Origin: Candidatus Binatia bacterium
GTDB lineage: Bacteria; Desulfobacterota; Binatia; HRBIN30
Assembly (NCBI GenBank): GCA_038245295.1
Contig: JBBRSP010000011.1
Location: 64,001-128,000 of the forward strand
Length of the DNA stretch: 64,000 bases
Reading direction: 5' to 3'
Shown here: positions 27,331-36,135 of the stretch, piece by piece
How positions within the stretch are numbered: position 1 is the first letter of the stretch
How the letters are laid out: each line of letters begins with the position of its first letter
Notes under the pieces: generated by a model
Seen by the model: only the letters and a program-made list of their open reading frames with translations
Told to the model about the DNA's origin: nothing
Databases searched by the model: none
Program-made: the position numbers and the translations under genes

Positions 27331-28665
27331 GTGAAACATTTGAAGGAGAGCTTTGATCGCCGCTCTGCGGTGGTGGGGATCATCGGCCTAGGATATGTCG
27401 GGCTCCCCCTGGCGGCTACGTTCGCCGAATCCGGGTTTTCGGTTGTTGGCTTCGACATCGATCCGAGCAAGGTCGACGAGCTGCTTGCCGGGCGGAGCTA
27501 CATTCGCCACATTCCAGCCGAACGGATCCAGCCGCTGCTCCGGTCTCAAGCGGCGCCGCCCGGTCAACCCGGCTTTTTCCCGACAACCGACTTCGCGCTG
27601 TTGAGTGGGTGCGACGCCATCCTGATCTGCGTTCCGACGCCGCTCACGCAGAACCGTGAGCCCGACCTCTCGTACGTAACCAGTACGGCGGAAGCGATTG
27701 CCCGTCACCTCCGTAGCGGACAGCTCGTCGTGTTGGAGAGCACGACCTACCCGGGAACGACCGACGAGGTTGTCCGCGATACCCTCGAAGCTGGCGGCCT
27801 GCGTCTTGGCAAAGATTTTTTCCTCGCCTACTCCCCGGAGCGCGAAGATCCGAACAACGCGCTGTTCAACACGCGCTCCATTCCAAAGTTGGTGGGTGGC
27901 TGTACCCCGCTTTGTGGTGAGCTCGCATCGGCTCTTTACGCCGCCGTATTGGATCGCGTCATTACCGTCTCATCGGCGCGCGTCGCCGAGTCCGCCAAGC
28001 TCCTCGAGAACATTTATCGTTGCGTCAACATTGCCTTGGTCAATGAGCTTAAGGTCCTGTTCGACCGCATGGATATCGATGTCTGGGAAGTCATCGACGC
28101 AGCGGCCACGAAGCCTTTCGGGTTCACCCCATTCTACCCGGGGCCCGGCCTCGGCGGTCATTGTATTCCGATCGATCCGTTCTACCTCACGTGGAAGGCG
28201 CGCCAGTACGAGCTCACGACGCGCTTCATCGAGTTGGCTGGGGAGGTCAACCAGGGGATGCCGGCCTTCGTCATCACTAAAATTATGGAGGCGTTGAACG
28301 ACCGCGGTCGCAGCCTGAAGGGCTCGCGTGTTCTCGTTCTCGGTGTTGCCTACAAGCGCGACCTCGATGATACCCGCGAATCCCCGGCGCTGAAGCTGAT
28401 CGAACTGTTGATTCGCAAGGGCGCTGACGTTTGTTACCACGATCCTTACGTTCCGGCCTTGAAGCCGTCGCGACATTATGATTTTAACATGTGTGCTGTG
28501 AGCTTGACTCGCGAGGAGATGTGCGGCGCAGACGTAGTGGTCATCGCAACGGACCACACGTCCTACGACTACCAGCAGGTCGTGGAAGCCAGTCGGCTCG
28601 TAGTCGACACGCGCAATGCCACGCGGGGTGTAACATCGGGACGCGAGAAGATCGTCCGCGCTTGA
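27331..28665 (+). CDS. Nucleotide-sugar dehydrogenase (UDP-GlcNAc 6-dehydrogenase, WbpA/WecC-like)
   Basis: GLGYVGLPLA Rossmann motif, ICVPTP, LESTTYPGTT, KLLENIYR, GGHCIPIDPFYL catalytic Cys. Confidence 0.93.
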   Translation: MKHLKESFDRRSAVVGIIGLGYVGLPLAATFAESGFSVVGFDIDPSKVDELLAGRSYIRHIPAERIQPLLRSQAAPPGQPGFFPTTDFALLSGCDAILICVPTPLTQNREPDLSYVTSTAEAIARHLRSGQLVVLESTTYPGTTDEVVRDTLEAGGLRLGKDFFLAYSPEREDPNNALFNTRSIPKLVGGCTPLCGELASALYAAVLDRVITVSSARVAESAKLLENIYRCVNIALVNELKVLFDRMDIDVWEVIDAAATKPFGFTPFYPGPGLGGHCIPIDPFYLTWKARQYELTTRFIELAGEVNQGMPAFVITKIMEALNDRGRSLKGSRVLVLGVAYKRDLDDTRESPALKLIELLIRKGADVCYHDPYVPALKPSRHYDFNMCAVSLTREEMCGADVVVIATDHTSYDYQQVVEASRLVVDTRNATRGVTSGREKIVRA

Positions 28666-28796
28666 CGATCAACAGGAGAACAATGTGGGCGGTGGCGGGA
28701 GTGACGGGTCAGTGGTTCTGGGAAGATTTGTTCCGTCCCAGGGTCGAGACTCGGCTCCGTCGGCGACTCCTTCATGGTTTTTTGGGCAGATGTTCC

Positions 28797-28856
28797 TTGA
28801 CAACGCGGGAAGTTTTTGAGTATGTATGCGCCCACTCCGCCCTGGCGAGGGTGGAG
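28797..28856 (+). promoter_or_regulatory. Candidate promoter (-35 TTGACA) and 5'-UTR hairpin for the tandem secreted paralogs
   Basis: TTGACA 28797-28802; AT-rich GAGTATGTAT at 28818-28827 (exact -10 ambiguous); hairpin CTCCGCCCT-GGCG-AGGGTGGAG at 28835-28856. Confidence 0.4.
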
Positions 28857-28940
28857 ACTCTGTTCGAGGTTCAATAGCAGTATGAATCCCGTACAGAGGG
28901 TAGTGAGGGCAGGTTCGGTCGACTGGAAAGGAGGAGGGCA

Positions 28941-30056
28941 ATGCGAACGGTGAAGTGGAACCTATTACTCTCAGGCCTCGTAGGAATGGCGGCCCTGGGA
29001 GTCGTGGCGTCAGGGGTGCAGGCTGACGTCACTTCGGAGAAGGCGGCTTCGATCCTCATCTTTCCAGCCGTCACAACGGCGGAGCAATTTGGGACCCCGA
29101 CAGATACGGTCATCCAGATTGCAAACACGAGCAACTCGATGGTTCACGCCCACTGTAACTATGTGGATGCGAGCCGCTTCGACAGCATCACGGGGCAGCC
29201 GTGCAACCTTCCTAGCCCGAGCTGCATCGCAGCCTGGCAGGAAACTGACTTCGACATTTGGCTCACCAAGCAACAGCCAACCCACTGGGTTGTGAGCACT
29301 GGTCGCCGTGTTGATCCGACGGACGGTTTCGACCTAAACGGGTCTGGCTTCGATCCTGGGCATGTCCCGCCGATGGCGAACTTCAGCGGTGAGCTCAAGT
29401 GTGTCGAGGTTACAGCCTCGGGTGAGCCCGTCGCTGGTAATCACCTCAAGGGTGAAGCCGAGATCGTTCTGCCTAGCGAGGCTGGAGACATCTCCAAGTA
29501 CAATGCAATCGGCATTGAGGCGAACCCGGATGCGACGCCGGCGAATCCTTTGCTGCTCGACGGGAATGTGTACAACGCCTGTCCTGCCAAGCTCTGGTAC
29601 AACCATGCGGCTGATGATTCCGACACGATCTCCCAGATCGGGGCACCGACGACCAACCGTGTTGGCGCGGTACTGGTCCCTTGCAGCGAAGACTTCGAGA
29701 ATCAGATTCCGAAAAGCGTTACGGTCCAGTTCAAGGTCTACAACGAGTTCGAAGAGGTCTTCTCGGCGAGCACCACCGTCACTTGTCTCCTCTCGACGGT
29801 TCTCTCGGATATCGACAGCCCGAGCAACAACAGCGCTTCGGTGTTCAACGAAGCCGTCCTTGGAACTCCGTTTGCGATGTCGGTCATCACGCCGGTGGCG
29901 CAGCCAGACGGTAGCTCGGGCGGAGTGGTAGGCATCGGCCTCCATGCCTTGTACCAAGGCGGACAGGTCGCGCTTGCGGCAACCAGCCTCCACGGCACTG
30001 GCGACCTGGTTCCTGCGGCGGGCCCAGATTCAATCTATCTGGCCCCTCGTGAGTAA
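28941..30056 (+). CDS. Secreted Cys-containing beta-rich protein of unknown function, paralog 1
   Basis: Very strong SD AAAGGAGGAGG; signal ending VQA; end-to-end similarity to the next gene. Confidence 0.85.
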   Translation: MRTVKWNLLLSGLVGMAALGVVASGVQADVTSEKAASILIFPAVTTAEQFGTPTDTVIQIANTSNSMVHAHCNYVDASRFDSITGQPCNLPSPSCIAAWQETDFDIWLTKQQPTHWVVSTGRRVDPTDGFDLNGSGFDPGHVPPMANFSGELKCVEVTASGEPVAGNHLKGEAEIVLPSEAGDISKYNAIGIEANPDATPANPLLLDGNVYNACPAKLWYNHAADDSDTISQIGAPTTNRVGAVLVPCSEDFENQIPKSVTVQFKVYNEFEEVFSASTTVTCLLSTVLSDIDSPSNNSASVFNEAVLGTPFAMSVITPVAQPDGSSGGVVGIGLHALYQGGQVALAATSLHGTGDLVPAAGPDSIYLAPRE

Positions 30057-30108
30057 TCTCGAGCGCAACGTGCCAACGCACTCGTTTAGGACCGAAAGGA
30101 GAAGGGCA

Positions 30109-31260
30109 ATGCGTACGGTGAAGTGGAATGCCATGCTCTCGAGCGCGGTCTGCGCTCTAGGGGGTATCGCGGTGTGGTCAGGGGTGGCGCGCGCTGATGT
30201 CTCGTCAACCAACCCGGCAGCGATCCTCGTTTTTCCGAAACTCGTTTTCAGCACGGGCGCATCGACCGACACGATCGTTCAGGTGTCGAACACCGCCAAC
30301 CATCCGGTTAACGTTCGCTGCTTCTATGTCAATGCAAATGGGCACTGCTCGAACAACCCCAGCTCGATCTGTGATCCGTACACCCTCGAAGGTTCGACTT
30401 CGTGTGGCAGCACGGGCTTCTGCATCCCTGGCTGGCAAGAGACGGACTTTGCGTTCCGTCTGACCTCCAACCAACCGATTGCCTGGCCGCTCAGCGCCGG
30501 TGCTGCGAACTTGCCGCTGGCCGACCGCTCTGGCCCGACTGGCGAGTTTAACTCGGGTTCGATTCCTCCAGCCCCTGAAGACCCCATCCAAGGCGAGCTC
30601 AAGTGTATCGAAGTCGGCGACGACGAGCTTCCTGTCGATCAGAACGACCTTATCGGCAACGCGTCGATTGAGGCGCACCGCACTGGAGCGGCCGTCGATA
30701 TCCGCAGCTATAATGCGACCGGCATTCAGGCGATCGAGGGCGCGAACAATCGTGACAACACGCTTGTCCTCGGCACCGAGTACAATGGTTGCCCGAATAT
30801 CTTGGTTCTCGACAACTGGTTTGACAACGCCATTCATCCAGTGACGGGTGCCCAGATGCGCAGCGAAGTGACATTCGTTCCTTGCTCGGAAGACTTCAAC
30901 TTCCAAGCCCCGCAGCCGGTTACTGTCCAGTACCTGGTTTTCAACGAGTTTGAGCAACGCTTCTCGACGAGCAAGCCGGTTACCTGCTTCCAGGAGATCC
31001 AGCTCTCGGACATCGATACGCGTCTTGGACCGACCGATGACCGCTTCTCGATCTTCAACGTTAACGTGCAAGGCACATTGACCGGCCAGACGACCGCTCG
31101 CGGCGTCCAGACCAGCTCTCAGACCAGCGGCACGGGATTGTTGGCGGTCTTGGAGGAGTTCTCGAACGGCCGCTCAGCAGCCAGCGAGGCGCATCAGCGT
31201 GGTACCCGTACCCAGCGTGATGTGATCCTTCTCCCGTCTGCCCAGCCGTCGGGTCTCTAG
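30109..31260 (+). CDS. Secreted Cys-containing beta-rich protein of unknown function, paralog 2
   Basis: SD AAAGGAGAAGG; same MRTVKWN start; shared WQETDF, GELKC.EV, VPCSEDF, NEFE..FS, LSDID motifs. Confidence 0.85.
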   Translation: MRTVKWNAMLSSAVCALGGIAVWSGVARADVSSTNPAAILVFPKLVFSTGASTDTIVQVSNTANHPVNVRCFYVNANGHCSNNPSSICDPYTLEGSTSCGSTGFCIPGWQETDFAFRLTSNQPIAWPLSAGAANLPLADRSGPTGEFNSGSIPPAPEDPIQGELKCIEVGDDELPVDQNDLIGNASIEAHRTGAAVDIRSYNATGIQAIEGANNRDNTLVLGTEYNGCPNILVLDNWFDNAIHPVTGAQMRSEVTFVPCSEDFNFQAPQPVTVQYLVFNEFEQRFSTSKPVTCFQEIQLSDIDTRLGPTDDRFSIFNVNVQGTLTGQTTARGVQTSSQTSGTGLLAVLEEFSNGRSAASEAHQRGTRTQRDVILLPSAQPSGL

Positions 31261-31291
31261 TCCACCGATTAGACGCTTAGGTTCATTCCCT

Positions 31292-31324
31292 AAGGGGGGC
31301 CGCGCTTTGCGCGGTCCCCCTTTT
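31292..31324 (+). terminator. Rho-independent terminator
   Basis: GGGGGGCCGCGC-TTT-GCGCGGTCCCCC followed by TTTT. Confidence 0.8.
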
Positions 31325-31386
31325 GCTATTTGGGAACATCGATTGAAGAGCGCTCCCAGCGCTGTCAGAGAGAGGGCACGAACAAC

Positions 31387-33285
31387 ATGCGTGGATGGAC
31401 CGTCAAGGACAGCGCTGAGCTCTACAACGTAGCTCAGTGGGGTGCCGGCTTCTTCGGAGTCAATGAAAAGGGTCACGTATCTGTTTGCGGGGGCGGCGAT
31501 GACGGGCCGTCGATTGACCTTTTGGAGCTGGTGCTCGATCTGCGCCAACGAGGCCTCCGTACACCCCTGCTCGTCCGTTTCTCGGATATCCTCGCGGCAC
31601 GCGTTCGCGGGTTGTGTGCCTCCTTCGGCAAAGCGATCTCAGAGTATGGCTACCAGGGAAATTATCGAGGCGTCTATCCGATCAAAGTGAACCAGCAGCG
31701 CCATGTGGTCGAGGAGATCGTCCGGTATGGGGCGGCGGAACGCGTCGGCCTGGAAGCCGGGAGTAAACCGGAGTTGCTCATCGCCTTGGCCATTCTCGAC
31801 ACCCCGGGGGCGGTGATTATCTGTAATGGGTACAAGGACCGCGCCTACATCGAGACCGCGCTGTTGGCGCAGCGGCTCGGGCGCACGCCGATCATTGTCG
31901 TGGACCGCGTGCACGAGGTGGAGCTGATCATACGCACGGCCCGCGAGCTGAACATCAGGCCCAACATTGGGATGCGGGCGAAGTTGACGGCAAAGGGCGC
32001 CGGAAAGTGGATCGAATCGACCGGGGATCGGTCGAAGTTTGGCCTCACTGCAATCGAGATCGTCGATGCAGTGGAGCAACTCCGGGCAGCGGGCATGCTC
32101 GATTGCCTGCAGCTGCTGCACTTTCACATTGGCTCGCAGATCACGGCGATTCGCGCCCACAAAGAGGCGCTGCGGGAAGCGACTATGGTGTTCGTCGGGC
32201 TACATCAGATGGGTGCGCGTCCACGCCTCGTAGATGTCGGGGGCGGGCTGGGCGTCGACTACGATGGATCCCAGACGAACTTCCACTCGTCGATGAACTA
32301 CTCGGTGCAGGAGTACGCGAACGACGTCGTGGCCTCGATCCAAGAAGCGTGCGATCGAGAAAAGATTCCGCATCCAGATATCGTTACGGAGGCGGGCCGG
32401 GCGATGACCGCCCACCACTCGGTTCTCATCTTCGATGTTCTGGGCGTTCACGAGATGCTGTCCGGGAAGCCGCCTGAGGCGGTCCTCGAGGATGATCACA
32501 AAGTGATCAAAGATCTTGCCGAGGTGTACGCCGGGGTGTCGCAGAAGAATGTTCAGGAAGCGTACCACGATAGCCTGCAGCTGAAGGAGGAAGCGGCCAC
32601 CATGTTCTCGTTGGGCTATCTAGACTTGCGGGCCCGAGCCCGGGTCGAACGATTATTCTGGGATTGCTGTGAGAAGATCCTGCGTATTGTTCGCGAGGCG
32701 CCGTATGTACCGGATGATCTGGAGCCACTCGAAAAGGGCCTGGCCGATACATACTACGGGAACTTCTCGGTCTTTCAGTCGGCGCCGGACCATTGGGCGG
32801 TGAAGCAATTGTTTCCGGTCATGCCGATTCATCGGTTGGAGGAAAAGCCGACGCGTCGAGGCGTTTTCGCCGACCTGACCTGCGATAGCGATGGTAAGAT
32901 CGACAAGTTCATCGACCAGCGCGACGTGAAGGACGTTCTGGAACTGCATCCCTGGAATGGCCAGCCCTACTACATTGGTGTCTTCCTCGTCGGAGCGTAT
33001 CAGGAGATCCTTGGGGATCTACACAACCTGTTCGGAGATACGGACGCGGTCCACGTGCGACTCGGGCCTGACGGCCGCTACGAGATCGAACACGTCGTCG
33101 AGGGTGACGAAGTTGCCGACGTGCTTCGTTATGTGCAGTATGACAAGGGCGCGTTGGTCGAACGAGTTCGCCGGACGATCGAGGATGCGATGCGTGCCGG
33201 ACAGATCACCTTGGAGGAATCCGCACGCCTGCGTCGCTACTACGAGCAAGGACTTCAGGAGTATACCTACCTGCAGCACGAGTAG
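31387..33285 (+). CDS. speA: Biosynthetic arginine decarboxylase
   Basis: VYPIKVNQ (PLP Lys), GLEAGSKPEL, LHFHIGSQI, DVGGGLGVDYDGS, DLTCDSDGKID, GAYQEILGDLHNLFGD. Confidence 0.97.
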   Translation: MRGWTVKDSAELYNVAQWGAGFFGVNEKGHVSVCGGGDDGPSIDLLELVLDLRQRGLRTPLLVRFSDILAARVRGLCASFGKAISEYGYQGNYRGVYPIKVNQQRHVVEEIVRYGAAERVGLEAGSKPELLIALAILDTPGAVIICNGYKDRAYIETALLAQRLGRTPIIVVDRVHEVELIIRTARELNIRPNIGMRAKLTAKGAGKWIESTGDRSKFGLTAIEIVDAVEQLRAAGMLDCLQLLHFHIGSQITAIRAHKEALREATMVFVGLHQMGARPRLVDVGGGLGVDYDGSQTNFHSSMNYSVQEYANDVVASIQEACDREKIPHPDIVTEAGRAMTAHHSVLIFDVLGVHEMLSGKPPEAVLEDDHKVIKDLAEVYAGVSQKNVQEAYHDSLQLKEEAATMFSLGYLDLRARARVERLFWDCCEKILRIVREAPYVPDDLEPLEKGLADTYYGNFSVFQSAPDHWAVKQLFPVMPIHRLEEKPTRRGVFADLTCDSDGKIDKFIDQRDVKDVLELHPWNGQPYYIGVFLVGAYQEILGDLHNLFGDTDAVHVRLGPDGRYEIEHVVEGDEVADVLRYVQYDKGALVERVRRTIEDAMRAGQITLEESARLRRYYEQGLQEYTYLQHE

Positions 33286-33309
33286 CCCGAAGGCCGTAGC
33301 GACCGTTGC

Positions 33310-36135
33310 TCACGCTAGAAGCTGCTCCAAATACGCATCGGTATTGCTTCGGATCCGTCGGCTCTTGTCGTCGAGATCTTCCTCCACAGGGCGCTCATCC
33401 GGTGTGACCTTGAATAACGGCTGTCCTTTTCGCACAACCACGCCGCTCTCGGGAACCAATACCTCGTCGATAGTACCGGCAAAGGTCGCATGGATCTTGT
33501 TGAACATCTTCATGACTTCGACGATGTACAACGGGTCTCCCGCCTTGAAATGAGAGCCCTTTGTGGCGAAGGGCGGCATCGTCGGTGAATCTTGACCGTA
33601 GTACGTTCCACCCATCGCAGCGACGATCTCGTCTGCTCTCGTCGTCGGAGGTGGCACGAGTACCTTGCGCATCGCATCCTGATGCGCCGGTTCCAGGAGC
33701 CGTTGCGGGATTTCAACGGTGAGATCGCCGTTCAAGCGGAGATCATAGAAGCCGACTCGGTCAGCGATCAGCGGCAAGATTCCTAGAATTTCCATCCCGA
33801 GTTGGTTGCCGGCGTGAGCGTTACGGATCTTCTCCCACAACCCTGCGTCAATCCCGAACAGCGGAGCGCTTCCCCGCAACGCGGCGTCCGTCGAAGCCCA
33901 GTCCGTACCGTCCGGTAGAAGCTTGCTCAGCGCTTCATAGAAGTCTTCGGCCTCTTCCAATAGCTGCCTGTCGTGATCCCAAATCCTGTGTGCTGCCGGC
34001 TCGCCAGGCTGGTCGTCGAGATGGAGCAGGTGGTACGTTGCCTGCAGAACGTCGATCGGATTGCGGAGCCACTTCACGTGTCGTTCGCGCACCTCGAAGT
34101 CGTGACGATGCTCGCTCAGCCACGCGGCCAGGAAGTGCGGCTCTTCGATCAACATCGTGAGCGGGCGTTCGACCAGAGTTTCCTTGATATCCAACACAGC
34201 TCGCGTTGCTGCGACAGCGGCATCGCCGCCTTGCTGCGCAGCAGCGACAGCGTGTTTCACGATGCGCTGGAAGGCGTAATCGAAGTCGACTGACTGTGCT
34301 TCGCGTGCCAGCTCACCGACCAACGTAAGATACGGCACCACAAATTTGGTCGTCGGCTTGGCCCACGCGTCGCGGCTGGTGAACCACGTGACAATCCCGA
34401 AGAGGAACTCGCGGTTCGTGGCCAGGTCCATTCCACGCAGCGTCGTCCGTCGCAGGATCTCCGCCGTCTTTGCAAAGCTCTCTTGTCGTCCCTCACCGGT
34501 GGCCAGCAATAGAGCAATGTTGGAATCGTACGCGCCTGCCAAACGGTAACGCATGAAGAGATCGGTATCGGGGTTCTTGATCGAGATCCCTTGGTCGTCG
34601 CGAATCTCACCGTCAATGGCATCCGACCAGGAGATAATGACCCCGCCAGCGGACGGCGTCAGAGCACGATCGGTCGCGTTGAGCCGCACTTCCAGGGCCG
34701 CGGCGTGACGCGGAACTCGTATGGGCTTCGGGAGCCTGTCCTTGTGCTTGCCGATGATTGCCATGCACTCGACGAGGGAATGGATGTCGAAGCTGTCGGT
34801 CGGGTCCTCAGGGTTCACGAAGCGCAGGGCGTAACAAAGCTCCGAGACGCGGTGTTCCACCTGGATGCGGGTGTTGACCTCCATGAAATAGTGGCGTTGA
34901 CCTTCGACGATACATTCGAAGGTGGACGCCGAGTCGAGTCCAACCGCGCTGCCAAAACGCTCGGCCTGTTCTTCCATGCGCTTCAGAACAGCCAGGTCCG
35001 CTTCGAGAATCGAGGCTCGTTTGTGGTCGGAGCCACGCTTGGCGCGGTCGATCTCTAGCTGCAGGCCCTCTTGAGTGACCGACACTTCGACGAGCTTCTG
35101 TTCGTACATTTGGAGCGAGCAATCGCGCCCACCGAGGGACAGGCACCACTTCCCATTGCCGATGATCTGAATCTCGTTGTGCCGAGTCTCTTCGACATTC
35201 AACTCGATCAACATGTTCTTGTTGTCGCCGGCCCCAGTCGCCTTGACTTCATTGAGGACCTCGCGCGCCAGGCCAGCGACATTCTGGGCGTCAGAGAAAA
35301 TCCGTTGCCCCTTGCCGCCGCCTCCGCCGATGGCCTTGAGTCGAAAGCGTCTGCCAGGGTTGTCTCGGAGAAGTACCGCGGCTTCGTTTTGGATCTGCGC
35401 GCACAAATCCTCAATGGAGAAGAGCTCGATCCCTTTGGCGTAGGACGCATCGAGGAGGCTCTCGGCCAACTCTTCCAAACCGACTCCGGTGTCGTGTAGG
35501 CTCTGGACATCGATTCCGTGCCCGGTCGCGGCCTGCTGAAGGGCGGCGCGCTCTGGGAACTTTGCCAAGAGCGTGCGGACGGTTGCGTCGTTGATACCCG
35601 GAGTGACCGAGACGGCATTGGCGATTGCCGTTCGTTTGGCCTCATCCTTTGCCCCGGCTGCCTCTTGGGTGCGAGAGCAAGGTCCGATGAAAACCACTCC
35701 GGCGTTCTCCAGGGTGCGAACGAAGTCCGCGTCCTCGGCCATGAAGCCGTACCCGGCAAAAATAAACTTGTACCCGTGTGTGCGGCAGATTGCGATGATC
35801 TGCTCGACTCGCTGCACACGCTCTTCCTTGGTCGCGCCCGTGTAGTCGGGGATTGGATGTACGTTGCGCGGATCCATGACCCGCAATTCCGGGGACAGGG
35901 CGCGCGGAAACACAATACTGTCGCGTTCTGATAGGAGGATGCCGACGTTGGTCATCCCCATTTCGCGGAAGACGTCGATCGCCTCCTTGCGGATGGGGCC
36001 ACGGCAGACAATGAGAACACTCATGTCCTCGCTGGCGAAGGAGCGTACCCAAGCAGAGGCCGAGGTGCCGAGCCGACGATCGCGGTGCACCAGGGGATTG
36101 TTCGAATAAGCGTCGTAGGGGCGAGGGTCGCGCAT
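33310..36135 (-). CDS. Acyl-CoA carboxylase large subunit: biotin carboxylase fused to biotin carrier
   Basis: FAGYGFMAED, KAIGGGGGKGQR, GGRDCSLQ, YFMEVNTRIQVEHRVSE; C-terminal EVMKMFN biotinylation motif. Confidence 0.9.
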   Translation of the reverse strand: MRDPRPYDAYSNNPLVHRDRRLGTSASAWVRSFASEDMSVLIVCRGPIRKEAIDVFREMGMTNVGILLSERDSIVFPRALSPELRVMDPRNVHPIPDYTGATKEERVQRVEQIIAICRTHGYKFIFAGYGFMAEDADFVRTLENAGVVFIGPCSRTQEAAGAKDEAKRTAIANAVSVTPGINDATVRTLLAKFPERAALQQAATGHGIDVQSLHDTGVGLEELAESLLDASYAKGIELFSIEDLCAQIQNEAAVLLRDNPGRRFRLKAIGGGGGKGQRIFSDAQNVAGLAREVLNEVKATGAGDNKNMLIELNVEETRHNEIQIIGNGKWCLSLGGRDCSLQMYEQKLVEVSVTQEGLQLEIDRAKRGSDHKRASILEADLAVLKRMEEQAERFGSAVGLDSASTFECIVEGQRHYFMEVNTRIQVEHRVSELCYALRFVNPEDPTDSFDIHSLVECMAIIGKHKDRLPKPIRVPRHAAALEVRLNATDRALTPSAGGVIISWSDAIDGEIRDDQGISIKNPDTDLFMRYRLAGAYDSNIALLLATGEGRQESFAKTAEILRRTTLRGMDLATNREFLFGIVTWFTSRDAWAKPTTKFVVPYLTLVGELAREAQSVDFDYAFQRIVKHAVAAAQQGGDAAVAATRAVLDIKETLVERPLTMLIEEPHFLAAWLSEHRHDFEVRERHVKWLRNPIDVLQATYHLLHLDDQPGEPAAHRIWDHDRQLLEEAEDFYEALSKLLPDGTDWASTDAALRGSAPLFGIDAGLWEKIRNAHAGNQLGMEILGILPLIADRVGFYDLRLNGDLTVEIPQRLLEPAHQDAMRKVLVPPPTTRADEIVAAMGGTYYGQDSPTMPPFATKGSHFKAGDPLYIVEVMKMFNKIHATFAGTIDEVLVPESGVVVRKGQPLFKVTPDERPVEEDLDDKSRRIRSNTDAYLEQLLA

